From an uncultured Luminiphilus sp. (GTDB lineage Bacteria; Pseudomonadota; Gammaproteobacteria; Pseudomonadales; Halieaceae), in NCBI GenBank assembly GCA_963926105.1, contig CAWUVW010000008.1, positions 867 to 64,866 on the forward strand: a stretch of DNA of 64,000 nt. The letters are read 5' to 3'. Under the pieces are notes generated by a model. It had not been told where the DNA came from and ran no database searches. It saw nothing but the letters and a program-made list of their open reading frames with translations. Positions 37,203 through 47,668 of the stretch are shown in pieces. Each line of letters begins with the position of its first letter. The first letter of the stretch is position 1. The translations under genes were made by a program, and so were the position numbers.

Positions 37203-39803
37203 TCACCCATTTAGGGAACGATCTAGCACCTCAAAAACGTCTCGCGATAGATTATCTATGGCTGTTAACTCCTCAAGCACGAGCTGCATTTTTTCAGCTC
37301 CATGTGCGTATCTACGAAAACGTGTTAATGGCGCTAGCATTCGTGCAGCAATCTGAGGATTAGCAGCCTGTACTTTCGCAACCGTATCGGCCAGCAACGC
37401 ATAACCTGCGCCATCTTGTCTATGGAATGCCACAGGATTACCACTGGCAAAAGCACTGACTAAAGCACGCAGTTTATTCGGGTTACGCCACTCAAATGCT
37501 TGATGGGTCATAAGATGCTGAACCGACTCAACGGCATCCGCTGCAGGACGCGTGGCCTGTACAGAAAACCATTGATTCACGACGAGTGCTTGATGCTGCC
37601 AACCACTGTAAAACGCATCAATAATATCTGCACGTAGAGGCTCAGCAGCATGATGTATAACACTGCGGGCACCAGCCAGACGGTCGGTCAAATTATCTGC
37701 TTGGGCGAATAACTCCTGCGCTAATTCCAGACTCGGCTCAGGCAAGTGGCATAAAAAATCGAGCGCCAGATGTCGCAAGGCGCGCTGTCCTATTTGAGCA
37801 CCCACCGGGCTGTAGGCAGACTGCTTTTCTAAGGAGGAGAACAGTTCACGCCACTCTTGTTCGAAGCGCACCGCCAACAGTGATTTGACGCTCTGCCGCT
37901 GTGCCCTAATAGCAAACACATCTACCAAGCCGCGCTGACCTGCTCGATCAGCCAGGTATTCTTCACTCGGCAGCGCTAGGGTGTGCGCTTTAAGTGCAGG
38001 ATCAATATCAGATTTGATCAATACGCTATAGGCGTCGATAAACCGTGGGTCGATCTCTGAAGAATCGCTCACGGCCTCAATGACTTGGGCTGCAAAACTC
38101 TGCGCTGCATCCCAGCGAACAAAAGAATCATCGTCACCCTGCATCAGCGTTAAAAGGGCTTCAGGTGTCGGCTCGTTACTCAGACGAACTGGTGCTGAAA
38201 ATCCGCGCAGTGGCGAGAGTACTGGCTCACTAGCGACATTTTCAATCACGAACTGTTGGGTTTGTTCAGTTACCTCTAGCACCCGTGTAGTGCTATCACC
38301 ATCGAGCAACATAGGTTGCCCGCCAACTAGGAGCCCAATTGCCAATGGTATCATCAAAGGCAGATTTTCAGGCGCCTCAGCGCGATGGTTGTCTTGTGTG
38401 ACACGCAGAGTAAGCTGCTGACTCTCAACGTTATAGTCAGTCGCCAAAGATAAACGCGGCGTACCGGCTTGCTCATACCAGCGTCTGAACTGGGCTAAAT
38501 CCCGGCCACAGGCATCTTCCATCGCAGTCACAAAGTCATCACAAGTCACTGCCTGTCCGTCGTGCCGTTCGAAGTAAAGCGTCGCTCCTTTCTGGAAATT
38601 TTCCGCACCGAGTAAGGTGTGTAGCATCCTTACCACCTCGGCACCTTTCTCATAAACGGTTACCGTGTAGAAGTTCGAAATCTCAATAAAAGAATCAGGA
38701 CGAACGGGATGTGCCATGGGACCTGCATCTTCTGCGAACTGGTGTGTGCGCAGAAACGCGACATCTTCAACACGTTTCACACCCCGAGAATGCATATCGG
38801 CTGTAAATTCGGAGTCACGAAAAACCGTAAAACCTTCTTTCAAACTCAATTGAAACCAGTCTCGGCAGGTGACCCGATTACCCGAGAAATTGTGAAAATA
38901 TTCGTGTGCAACAATGGCTTCAATACGCTGATATCCCATATCAGTCGTAATATCTGGATCAGCCAACACACATGATGTGTTAAAGATATTGAGGCTTTTG
39001 TTCTCCATCGCGCCCATATTGAAGTCATCTACCGCTACGATATTGAACAGCTCTAAATCGTATTCAAGGCCATACACAGTTTCATCCCAGCGCATGGACT
39101 TCTTGAGAGATTCGATAGCATGACCACAGTAATCGGCATCTTTAGTTTCAACAAAAACCCGCAGCGCAACCTCTTTACCCGTGCAAGTGATAAAACTGTC
39201 TTCCACGCAAGCTAAGTCACCGGCCACCAGGGCAAATAAATAGCATGGCTTAGGGAATGGGTCTTGCCAGACGGTCCGGTGACGGCCGTCATCAAGCGCT
39301 TTTGCTGACTGTAAATTGCCGTTACTCAGCAGTACTGGGCATGTGGCTAAATCTGCCTCAACTGTCACCGTAAAGAGGGCTAATACATCGGGACGGTCTG
39401 GGTAGTAGGTGATTTTACGGAAGCCCTCAGCCTCACACTGAGTCGCATACATTGTGCGCGAGCGGTACAAGCCCTCGAGCGACGTATTTTCCTCAGGACA
39501 AATTTCCACTACGGTCCGCAACTGGCAGTTATCCGGAAGATCACCGATCACAAGATTCGTGTCTGTCACCTGATACTGATTCTCTGACAGATCCAGACCA
39601 TCGATGGCGATCGACTGCAGCAATAGCCGCTCACCATCTAAGACCAGAGGCGCGCTACCACTAACAAGGCGCCGCAACGCCAGTTCAGCGGTAACGATAG
39701 TTTTACCCGCATATATAGCAAAATGCAGATCGACCGTGTCTACCGCAAACGTCGGCGGTGTATAGTCTTTGCGGTAAATCGTTTGAGGAGGGCCTTCGCG
39801 CAT
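37203..39803 (-). CDS. pepN: aminopeptidase N
   Basis: 866 aa. Motifs GAMEN and HEYFHNFSGNRVT...E (HExxH-18-E). Confidence 0.9.
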   Translation of the reverse strand: MREGPPQTIYRKDYTPPTFAVDTVDLHFAIYAGKTIVTAELALRRLVSGSAPLVLDGERLLLQSIAIDGLDLSENQYQVTDTNLVIGDLPDNCQLRTVVEICPEENTSLEGLYRSRTMYATQCEAEGFRKITYYPDRPDVLALFTVTVEADLATCPVLLSNGNLQSAKALDDGRHRTVWQDPFPKPCYLFALVAGDLACVEDSFITCTGKEVALRVFVETKDADYCGHAIESLKKSMRWDETVYGLEYDLELFNIVAVDDFNMGAMENKSLNIFNTSCVLADPDITTDMGYQRIEAIVAHEYFHNFSGNRVTCRDWFQLSLKEGFTVFRDSEFTADMHSRGVKRVEDVAFLRTHQFAEDAGPMAHPVRPDSFIEISNFYTVTVYEKGAEVVRMLHTLLGAENFQKGATLYFERHDGQAVTCDDFVTAMEDACGRDLAQFRRWYEQAGTPRLSLATDYNVESQQLTLRVTQDNHRAEAPENLPLMIPLAIGLLVGGQPMLLDGDSTTRVLEVTEQTQQFVIENVASEPVLSPLRGFSAPVRLSNEPTPEALLTLMQGDDDSFVRWDAAQSFAAQVIEAVSDSSEIDPRFIDAYSVLIKSDIDPALKAHTLALPSEEYLADRAGQRGLVDVFAIRAQRQSVKSLLAVRFEQEWRELFSSLEKQSAYSPVGAQIGQRALRHLALDFLCHLPEPSLELAQELFAQADNLTDRLAGARSVIHHAAEPLRADIIDAFYSGWQHQALVVNQWFSVQATRPAADAVESVQHLMTHQAFEWRNPNKLRALVSAFASGNPVAFHRQDGAGYALLADTVAKVQAANPQIAARMLAPLTRFRRYAHGAEKMQLVLEELTAIDNLSRDVFEVLDRSLNG

Positions 39804-39804
39804 A

Positions 39805-40632
39805 TCAAAACACCTTGAGTTCTATCGTGTAGCCGCCGTATTTGCGGACGTTCATTACCCCAGTATCCAACATCAAATACTGGCCTTTTATACCCAGCAA
39901 TGTGCCCTCTACCAAAGGGTTTTTATCGAGATTATGGGCTTTAATTTTTACCGGCCATTCGAGTACTGGATAGTCGATGCGCGCCTCCTCTGCATCGTCT
40001 AGAAGCTGAATTGCCTGCAGACCGAAACGGGCCTGAAGTGCGGCGATTTCAGCCTCGCATTGCGCCATTAAAGTCTGACGCTTAGCTTCCAAATCAACGG
40101 GGTCAGCATTGCCTTTCAACATAGTTTGCCAAGCGGTCTTGTCACTGACGTGTTGCCCAACTAGCACCTCTAACAAACCCGACTGCTGGCGTGTAGATAC
40201 GCGTGCGATCGGTTTCGCTTGCGTCGCCCCTTGGTCCATCCAACGTGTTGGGACTTGCGTGCCGCGAGTAATGCCGACCTTAATGCCCGAGGTATTTGCC
40301 AAATAAACAACGTGATCGACATTACAATTTGCATCACCCCACTCAGGCTCTCGGCAGGTACCCGCGTCGAAGTGACATTTTTCCGGTGAGACAATGCAAT
40401 TATCGCATTGCGCAAGCTTGCGAAAGCAGGGAAAACAATAACCCTGATTAAAACTTTTTTTGGTGACTCGCTGGCAATGTACGCAGTTAATAAGCCCCGT
40501 AAAATTCAGACTTAACTTAGACCCTAATAGATCGTTAACTACAAGCGATTCGTCACCCGCTAAAAATTCATACTGCACCGTATCAGCAAGATGGGTGCGC
40601 ATTTTACGAACACTACCTGCTATGCCATTCAT
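39805..40632 (-). CDS. DUF2797-family protein
   Basis: Start at Met 40632. Cys-rich core CVHCQRVTKKSFNQGYCFPCFRKLAQCDNCIVSPEKCHF. Its stop lies 1 nt upstream of the pepN start. Confidence 0.75.
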   Translation of the reverse strand: MNGIAGSVRKMRTHLADTVQYEFLAGDESLVVNDLLGSKLSLNFTGLINCVHCQRVTKKSFNQGYCFPCFRKLAQCDNCIVSPEKCHFDAGTCREPEWGDANCNVDHVVYLANTSGIKVGITRGTQVPTRWMDQGATQAKPIARVSTRQQSGLLEVLVGQHVSDKTAWQTMLKGNADPVDLEAKRQTLMAQCEAEIAALQARFGLQAIQLLDDAEEARIDYPVLEWPVKIKAHNLDKNPLVEGTLLGIKGQYLMLDTGVMNVRKYGGYTIELKVF

Positions 40633-40916
40633 GACTGCTCTCCTGTAGATGCTGATGCATCGTCGGTTAACCAACGCAGCGGTGCTGGATCATCACACGC
40701 GTCGCCTGCTTTGTGACCTTTATCGATATACCCTACTCGCTCATGCGGCTGTAAATTAAGTTCTCCCCAAGCAATCACAGCGCCCATAGTATGTTGGCGT
40801 TGAGCCGCCGAAAGTATACGTCCGTCAGCCCAACGACCGCTCGCTAATGCTGACAACATACTGTCATACACCTCTCGCCCCATACCTGCGATGCGTTCTT
40901 GATAAGGGTTAGTCAT
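40629..40916 (-). CDS. YeaC-like (DUF1315) protein
   Basis: I use internal Met at 40916 (95 aa). EVYDSMLSALASGRWADGRILSAAQ parallels E. coli YeaC EVYQRLSTAVELGKWPDGVALTEEQ. The long ORF-track N-terminus overlaps the rhomboid gene. Confidence 0.75.
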   Translation of the reverse strand: MTNPYQERIAGMGREVYDSMLSALASGRWADGRILSAAQRQHTMGAVIAWGELNLQPHERVGYIDKGHKAGDACDDPAPLRWLTDDASASTGEQS

Positions 40917-40966
40917 ACCGATTCTCCGCGGGAACTCATTAGATGAACCACCTGTACTCTCTGAAG

Positions 40967-41626
40967 TTAGGCGTTTTGCTGAAGCCGCGTTAACGCACCA
41001 AAGAGCCCACCCAATAGAAAGCCAATCACCAAGCCTCCGATATGCGCGCCATTGGCAATCGCGCCGACCCCTAGGAACTCCAAAGTGCCTAGAAGCCCAA
41101 TGATCAGCCATATCAGCATAAAACCTAGAATCGCTGGTGGAGGTGCTTGCAACCAGCCAGGACGAACTAATGAAGCCGCCCACAAGAAGCCTAAAAAGCT
41201 ATACACAACACCCGACATACCACCAAAAATGGAGGGGCCAGACCATAGATATTGCACGCCGTTACTAAATACTGCCGTCACCAAATACAAGCCAAGCATA
41301 TTAACGGCGCCAATACGATGCTCAATACGCTGCCCAAACTCCCATAACCACAAACAGTTAAACACCAGATGTAACCAACCAAAATGCAATAAAGTTGGCG
41401 TGACGTAACGCCACCATTGATCACCGGGACGCCCTAAACGAACACCCACATCGGTCATCTCAACGGGCACAAAATTAAACCACTGCAGGAGAGCCGTAAA
41501 TCGCAGTTCAAAAAACAACACAAACACCAGACTGCTCAAGGCAATCAAAGCGAAGGATACTGGTGCTAAACGAATACTATTTGGCAAGTGTGTCGGACCA
41601 ACGCAGCTTATCGCGACAACTGGCAT
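40967..41626 (-). CDS. rhomboid-family intramembrane serine protease
   Basis: Motifs HLVFNCLWLWEFGQRIE, GGMSGVVY (catalytic Ser) and AHIGGL (catalytic His). The annotated ATG overlaps the nadK 3' end by 50 nt, so the true start is uncertain. Confidence 0.8.
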   Translation of the reverse strand: MPVVAISCVGPTHLPNSIRLAPVSFALIALSSLVFVLFFELRFTALLQWFNFVPVEMTDVGVRLGRPGDQWWRYVTPTLLHFGWLHLVFNCLWLWEFGQRIEHRIGAVNMLGLYLVTAVFSNGVQYLWSGPSIFGGMSGVVYSFLGFLWAASLVRPGWLQAPPPAILGFMLIWLIIGLLGTLEFLGVGAIANGAHIGGLVIGFLLGGLFGALTRLQQNA

Positions 41627-42467
41627 AGAAGCTATATCCAGGGGGATGCAGCAGTGTCAGCGGCTCGCGCTTTTTACGGACAACGACAGAGTCGCCCGGT
41701 AAGGCCGTTATCGATACCTGACCATCGCAAGTCACCAGAGGATGGATCTGATTGCGGGAGACAACATCGATGCGTATTTCGCTATCACCCTGAACCACAA
41801 TGGGTCGACTGGTGAGTGAGTGCGGAAACATCGGCACCAATACCATGGCGTCTAAATGCGGACTCATGATCGGCCCACCACCCGACAAGGAGTAAGCTGT
41901 TGATCCTGTTGGCGTCGACATAATTAGTCCATCGGCGTTTAAACGATAGACAAACTCGCCATCGATGGTTAGTTCAAACTCAATCATTTGGGCCGAAGTG
42001 CCTGAATTAACGACCACGTCGTTCAGCGCCTCAGCACTACCGATCACCTGCTCACCTCGAACAACTTCCGCATCGAGTAAAAACCGAATATCTCGGGTGT
42101 AATTGCCATCTAAGACAGCAGACACTTGCTCGCCGAGTTCATCTGGGCTGACGTCAGTTAAAAACCCGAGCCGACCACGGTTGATCCCAATGACCGGCGT
42201 GTCGTGGCGCACCAAAGTCCTCGCCGCACCAAGTAAACTCCCGTCACCACCGATGACAATTGCCAAGTCGACCATTTCGCCAATTTGTTCTCTCGGCATC
42301 ATCGCGCGTTTTTCAAAGTGCGCAAGAGTGGCGAGTCGGTCCTCAAGGGTGACCTCGATATCACGCTTGTCTAGCAACGCCAGCAAGTCAGCAACAACCT
42401 GATTCACCCCCGGATGCTCACGCCGACCTAACAAGCCGACTCTTTTAAATTCACTGGTGGTAGCCAT
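41577..42467 (-). CDS. nadK: NAD kinase
   Basis: 296 aa. Motifs GGDGSLLGAAR and NRGRLGFLTD. Confidence 0.9.
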   Translation of the reverse strand: MATTSEFKRVGLLGRREHPGVNQVVADLLALLDKRDIEVTLEDRLATLAHFEKRAMMPREQIGEMVDLAIVIGGDGSLLGAARTLVRHDTPVIGINRGRLGFLTDVSPDELGEQVSAVLDGNYTRDIRFLLDAEVVRGEQVIGSAEALNDVVVNSGTSAQMIEFELTIDGEFVYRLNADGLIMSTPTGSTAYSLSGGGPIMSPHLDAMVLVPMFPHSLTSRPIVVQGDSEIRIDVVSRNQIHPLVTCDGQVSITALPGDSVVVRKKREPLTLLHPPGYSFYASCRDKLRWSDTLAK

Positions 42468-42665
42468 AGCAAAATACCATGATTAAAAACTTAGAATAGG
42501 ATATTCACGCGGAAATTTATCAGCGCGAGATTGCGCAGAAGTACTGGGTAATAATTCTCTCCGAAAAGCGTGAGGCACTAGCAGTGGTGATAAGGCTAGC
42601 GCCTACAGCCAAATCAACAGCCGTGATATACAACACAGACATGGGCTTCTTTGCAGTGCCCCCAA

Positions 42666-43664
42666 TCATTTATCGAGGCCCACATTATTGAGCTCAAGCA
42701 CCCGCTCAGCGCGATAGCTCGAACGAACAAAGCTGCCCGATACTACTTCCATAAACCCACGCGCCAGGCCCCACTCACGATAGCGCTCAAACTCTTCAGG
42801 CGTCACGTAACGAGCGATAGGGAAGTGGTTTCGAGTGGGCTGTAGATACTGGCCGAGGGTTAATACATCAACATCATGCGCTCGCAGGTCGTCCATACAC
42901 TGCTGCAATTCAGCTTCGGTCTCACCCAAACCCAGCATCAAAGATGTTTTGGTAATAACTTCAGGGCGATAACGCTTAGCGTGCGCTAAAACATCGAGAG
43001 TTTGCTGATATGTCGCCCGCGGGTCTCTTACCGGGTGGGTGAGTCGCTCAACCGTTTCAACGTTTTGTGCAAATACCACGATGCCCGAATCGACGAGCAC
43101 CTCTATCGCGCGTAAATCCCCTAGAAAATCCGGCGTTAGCGCTTCTACCGCGGTTTCGGGATTGGCTGTTTTTACCGCCTGAACGGTCGCGGCATAGTGA
43201 CCTGCCCCGCCATCTGCTAGATCATCCCGATTCACAGAGGTGAGCACGACATACCTAAGTCCCATCAGACTGACGGCCTTGGCGGTATTCGCAGGTTCGT
43301 CAAGGTCTAACCAACCCTTGGGATTCCCCGTATTAACTGAACAGAAGCGACAGGCTCGAGTACATACATCCCCCATAAGCATGATCGTTGCAGTACCGGC
43401 ACTCCAACACTCGCTCATGTTGGGACATTTGGCCTCTTCGCAAACCGTTGCAAGACGATGTTCGTGAACAATTGTCTTTACGGCATCAAACTTAGGGCTA
43501 CTTTGTATCCGCATACGAAGCCAGCTCGGTTTAGCAAATGATGTACGCTGATCCGCAGACGCCTTGATACCATCTTTAATCGCCGTAATGCCGCGATCAT
43601 TGGTGAATTTTTCACCGCTGTGTATCTGAACTGTAGGTATGAGTTTGCTCGACATAATGACCAT
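42666..43664 (-). CDS. lipA: lipoyl synthase
   Basis: 332 aa. Auxiliary cluster [13 protein letters not shown] and radical-SAM [10 protein letters not shown]. Confidence 0.9.
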   Translation of the reverse strand: MVIMSSKLIPTVQIHSGEKFTNDRGITAIKDGIKASADQRTSFAKPSWLRMRIQSSPKFDAVKTIVHEHRLATVCEEAKCPNMSECWSAGTATIMLMGDVCTRACRFCSVNTGNPKGWLDLDEPANTAKAVSLMGLRYVVLTSVNRDDLADGGAGHYAATVQAVKTANPETAVEALTPDFLGDLRAIEVLVDSGIVVFAQNVETVERLTHPVRDPRATYQQTLDVLAHAKRYRPEVITKTSLMLGLGETEAELQQCMDDLRAHDVDVLTLGQYLQPTRNHFPIARYVTPEEFERYREWGLARGFMEVVSGSFVRSSYRAERVLELNNVGLDK

Positions 43665-43718
43665 GTCCTTAATGAAGGCCCAGTATAGCGTTCTGACGCC
43701 TGACTTTCAGTAGAGTCG

Positions 43719-45842
43719 TCAGCTAGCCCTTAATTCAATTGGGACACCATTGATCGCGGCGTTACCACTGAGCGCATCGATATAAGCATTGTCAGTAACA
43801 TCATTGCAGCTAACACCCGCATGCTGATCAGCTATATTCATGCGCCCCCCCTGTCTACCGTGTCCATAGCCATGAGGCAGGCTCACAACACCGGGCATCA
43901 TGGCGTCAGAAATCTCTACGGGCGCCCAAACACTACCCGCCGCGCTGACGACCCTAAGATTCGTACCTGCTTGCCAGCCCTCACGCTGCGCATCGTCAGG
44001 GCTCACCAATAATGTACAGCGGCGCTTTCCTTTTACCAGCCGATGGTGATTGTGCATCCAGGAATTATTATCTCGCACGTCACGGCGACCAATGAGTCGG
44101 TATCCCAGTGCCGTCAGCGCCGGTAACGCCGCGGTGAGTCGCTGCATATCGTTAAATATCTGTGGTATCGCTAAATTAATACGCCGCTCAGCACTCTGCA
44201 GACGCGCGGGTAATTGACTCGTCAGGGGCCCGAGGTCAACCCCGGACGGCGCGACGCGCAGGGTTGCTAAAGATAGTTTCTCAGGCGCCGCATCACCCCA
44301 TGGACCTGCACGCAACATCGCATCAATCATCGCGCTAGGGGGAATCGAGGGTGTCGCCGTCAAGCCTAAGCCTTCGGCGACACGCTGCCCTAAAGCTTCA
44401 AAAATCTCCCAGTCATGTAGCGCTTCGTCGGGCTTTTCAAATACCGGCTCGTTAAATCGAGCGGTGTTGCGCACCGCCAAATTGTGGAACGCAATATCGT
44501 AATGATCATGCTCAAGTGCTGAAGTGGGCGGCAAAATAATATCGGCATGACGTGTCGTCTCATTGATATAAGGATCCAGCGAAACCATAAACTCCAAATG
44601 CTCTAATGCGGCATCCAGCTTGTGTCCCGATGGCGTTGACAGCACTGGGTTACCCGCTCCAGTAAATAACGCTCGAATTTGCCCCTCACCCGGCGTTGCA
44701 ATCTCTTCAGCTAAAGCCGCCGCGGGTAACTCCCGGTTGAACTCAGGCAGACCGCGCACGCGACTCTGATACCGATTAAAACCGCCTGGGCTCGACGTCA
44801 GAACTTGGTCTACCGCTGGACGCGTAAATAGTGATCCACCCTCTCGATCTAGATTTCCGGTGATCACATTGATCACTTGCGTCGCCCACTGACAAATAGT
44901 GCCGAATTCCTGCGTTGATATACCCATGCGGCCATAACATACCGCACGATCGGCAGCTGCCATCTCGCCGGCCAGGCGTACAATGGTGTCCGCTTCAATA
45001 CCTGTAGCCGCAGCAGCAACTTCCGGGGTGAAGGACGCTACCGCGTACTCAACGTCAGCAATACCATCAGTAAAATCAGATAGTGCATTTAAGTTAGCAA
45101 GCTCATCTCGAAGTATGACGTGTATTAAAGCCAGCAAAAAAACCGCGTCTGCACCCGGCTTAATGAAATGGTGCTCACTCGCAAGACTCGCTGTCTCGGT
45201 GCGTCGCGGATCAACAACAACTAACTTACCGCCGCGCGTCATCAAGGCTTTAATACGTTTGCGGACACCAGGTACTGTCCACATACTCCCATTGGAGGCC
45301 AGAGGATTAGCACCCAACATTAAGAAAAAGTCTGTGCGGTCGATATCTGGCACCGGTAAAAGCGACATATGGCCGTAGAGCCAAAGGGATACCAAATGAT
45401 GTGGTAACTGGTCAACAGAGGTCGCTGAAAAGCGGTTTTTTGTCCGCAAATGTTTAAAAAGCGCGCCTTGATGAGTCAGCATTCCATAGTTGTGGACGCT
45501 CGGATTTCCCAAGTAGACACCAATTGAGTCGATACCGTGTGTCTGTACACTTTTGACTAACGCCGCTGCTGCGGTGTCTAGTGCCGCCTCCCAGCTAATG
45601 GCAATATGCTGATAGCTACCATCTTCCTGACGCACCCGCTTCATTGGCAACCGCAGTCGATCCGGATCATTGTGTAGATCCTGTAAAGCCACACCCTTGG
45701 GGCAAATATGACCGCGACTTAACGGATCCTCTGGATCGCCCTTGATCGACAGAATTTGTTCCCCCTGAGTCTCGATCACAAGACCACAGATAGCCTCACA
45801 CAAATGGCAGGCGCGACGGTGTTCTAGCTTAGGTTCAGACAT
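43719..45842 (-). CDS. cytoplasmic molybdopterin-dependent oxidoreductase (FdhF/NasA-like architecture)
   Basis: 707 aa. N-terminal 4Fe-4S motif CHLCEAICGL...HICPKG, with no Tat signal. Substrate unknown. Confidence 0.8.
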   Translation of the reverse strand: MSEPKLEHRRACHLCEAICGLVIETQGEQILSIKGDPEDPLSRGHICPKGVALQDLHNDPDRLRLPMKRVRQEDGSYQHIAISWEAALDTAAAALVKSVQTHGIDSIGVYLGNPSVHNYGMLTHQGALFKHLRTKNRFSATSVDQLPHHLVSLWLYGHMSLLPVPDIDRTDFFLMLGANPLASNGSMWTVPGVRKRIKALMTRGGKLVVVDPRRTETASLASEHHFIKPGADAVFLLALIHVILRDELANLNALSDFTDGIADVEYAVASFTPEVAAAATGIEADTIVRLAGEMAAADRAVCYGRMGISTQEFGTICQWATQVINVITGNLDREGGSLFTRPAVDQVLTSSPGGFNRYQSRVRGLPEFNRELPAAALAEEIATPGEGQIRALFTGAGNPVLSTPSGHKLDAALEHLEFMVSLDPYINETTRHADIILPPTSALEHDHYDIAFHNLAVRNTARFNEPVFEKPDEALHDWEIFEALGQRVAEGLGLTATPSIPPSAMIDAMLRAGPWGDAAPEKLSLATLRVAPSGVDLGPLTSQLPARLQSAERRINLAIPQIFNDMQRLTAALPALTALGYRLIGRRDVRDNNSWMHNHHRLVKGKRRCTLLVSPDDAQREGWQAGTNLRVVSAAGSVWAPVEISDAMMPGVVSLPHGYGHGRQGGRMNIADQHAGVSCNDVTDNAYIDALSGNAAINGVPIELRAS

Positions 45843-46133
45843 TACATATCCTATTTCACGCCTTAGATGCGTGATCTACTACGCTTTGCGTATGGGCCAA
45901 ATATTGAACTGGTACGATACCACTTTTACGGAGATTTTCAGCAAGCTAGAGAAGGCATCCGAGCAATTCGAGCAACGCCAGATAAAAGATCAACTTCTGT
46001 GCTTTGATAGACACGGCCAAACGTATCGTTAATGGGCTATGGCATGAATGCCCTTCAAGAATTGATCAGTGCGGCGATACTGCGCTAGCCTATTGACCGC
46101 GCAGTTTCAGCACTCCTACAACAGAGATCTGAG

Positions 46134-47582
46134 GTGACCGACCAACCCATGCATGACAGCTCAACACAACGTCCACATCAAGACTTAAACGACTGCCTTT
46201 GGTTCGATAGTCTCAGTCAAGCCCCACCCTGCAGGCCCGGCGTAAAAGGTGGACTTCACACTGATATCGCGATTGTCGGTGGTGGTTTCACAGGGCTGTG
46301 GACTGCACTATTTTTAGCCAAGCTTTCTCCCGACCTACACATCACCGTATTCGAAGCTCAGCACGTGGGCTTTGGCGCATCAGGGCGCAACGGTGGATGG
46401 TTGATGGGCAGCTTAGAGGGCATGGATAAGCTACTCGCTAACTGTAGCGAGGAGCAAAAGCTGCGGTCGCTCACAGAGTTACGCTCGCTTATCGACCAAG
46501 TTAAAGCGACGCTAGCGGATGAAGATATTAAATGTGAGCTGGCCCACGGAGGGGCTATCTTTGGCGGTGCGCGATTTCCAGCGCAAGCGCGTCGCGCGCA
46601 AGATGAACTTAAAGCGCTGCATCAACTCGGTTTTGACAACAGCGACTATCGCTGGCTAAGCGCCCAAGAGAGTTACGCACGCATCGCTGCGTCAGGCAGC
46701 TGCGGCGGGATCTATACACCCCATGTGGCCACACTCAATCCCGCCAAGCTGGTCATGGGGCTCGCGAGCGCCGTGGAACAGCGCGGCGTTGTTATCTACG
46801 AAAATAGCCCTGTGATCGCCGTCGAGCCGGGTAGGCTTCGAACTCAGCAAGGTGAGGTCATAGCAAACAAAATAGTGATTGCCACCGAAGGCTTTACACA
46901 GCATATGCCGCACCTTTCGCGACGCTTACTGCCTGTTCAGAGCGGCATGGTTGCCACGGAACCTCTATCTTCAGCGCTATGGGAGCAGTTGGGTTTTCAG
47001 CAGCGCGAGGCATATTCAGATTTCAGCAGGTTATCAACCTATTTACAGCGTACTGCCGATGATCGTTTGATTATTGGCGCGCGCGGCAGCTACCAATTTG
47101 GTGGCCAAGTGGTCAGCCGCTTTAACAATAAAGATGCTGATTTTAGAAGAAGGGCCGAGCTAAAAGATGCGCTCTTTCCAATATTGAGGGATAGTCATCT
47201 CACTCACGCTTGGGGCGGGACACTGGCTGTCCCGCGCAGCTTTAGTCCGCATATTGTAGTCGACAAAACAGCGGGTATCAGTACCGCAGGGGGTTATCTC
47301 GGCGAGGGTGTTGGCGCCAGCTACCTGTTCGCCAAAACACTCGCAGAGATTCTAGTCACTGACAGCGTGGAGGCCGCTCAATGGCCTTGGATTAAATTTG
47401 GTACGCTTAAAGACCAACTCAAACCTTGGGAGTCCGAACCCCTACCCTGGCTTGGCTTTAATGCGACCGTGACAAGTTACGCGTTAGAGGAATGGGCCTA
47501 TAAACGAGACCGAAGTAAATCAATCAAAACGATGACAACTTGGTTAGCTAATTCCATCGATAGTATTATTCAACATAGCTAG
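46134..47582 (+). CDS. FAD-dependent oxidoreductase (DAO family, PuuB-like)
   Basis: 482 aa. DIAIVGGGFTGLWTALFL dinucleotide fold. GTG start per the ORF track; ATG 46149 is the alternative. Confidence 0.8.
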   Translation: MTDQPMHDSSTQRPHQDLNDCLWFDSLSQAPPCRPGVKGGLHTDIAIVGGGFTGLWTALFLAKLSPDLHITVFEAQHVGFGASGRNGGWLMGSLEGMDKLLANCSEEQKLRSLTELRSLIDQVKATLADEDIKCELAHGGAIFGGARFPAQARRAQDELKALHQLGFDNSDYRWLSAQESYARIAASGSCGGIYTPHVATLNPAKLVMGLASAVEQRGVVIYENSPVIAVEPGRLRTQQGEVIANKIVIATEGFTQHMPHLSRRLLPVQSGMVATEPLSSALWEQLGFQQREAYSDFSRLSTYLQRTADDRLIIGARGSYQFGGQVVSRFNNKDADFRRRAELKDALFPILRDSHLTHAWGGTLAVPRSFSPHIVVDKTAGISTAGGYLGEGVGASYLFAKTLAEILVTDSVEAAQWPWIKFGTLKDQLKPWESEPLPWLGFNATVTSYALEEWAYKRDRSKSIKTMTTWLANSIDSIIQHS

Positions 47583-47668
47583 CATTTGGTAACCGATTGA
47601 TTGGATTCATCACTCATCTGTACGCAACGCTCGTTAAGACATCCGCCGATGTTTTTGGTATCTGCGAC

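Noticed and set aside
40967-41626. 50-nt overlap of the rhomboid start with nadK as a biologically meaningful overlap
   Set aside because: More likely the rhomboid uses a downstream non-ATG start. I cannot decide this from the sequence alone, so I flagged the start as uncertain rather than reporting a finding.
45892-46032. 46-codon ORF (MGQILNWYDTTFTEIF...) in the divergent intergenic region between the molybdoenzyme and the FAD oxidoreductase
   Set aside because: It has no convincing RBS, no recognisable family, and sits where two promoters are expected. The evidence is insufficient to call a gene.
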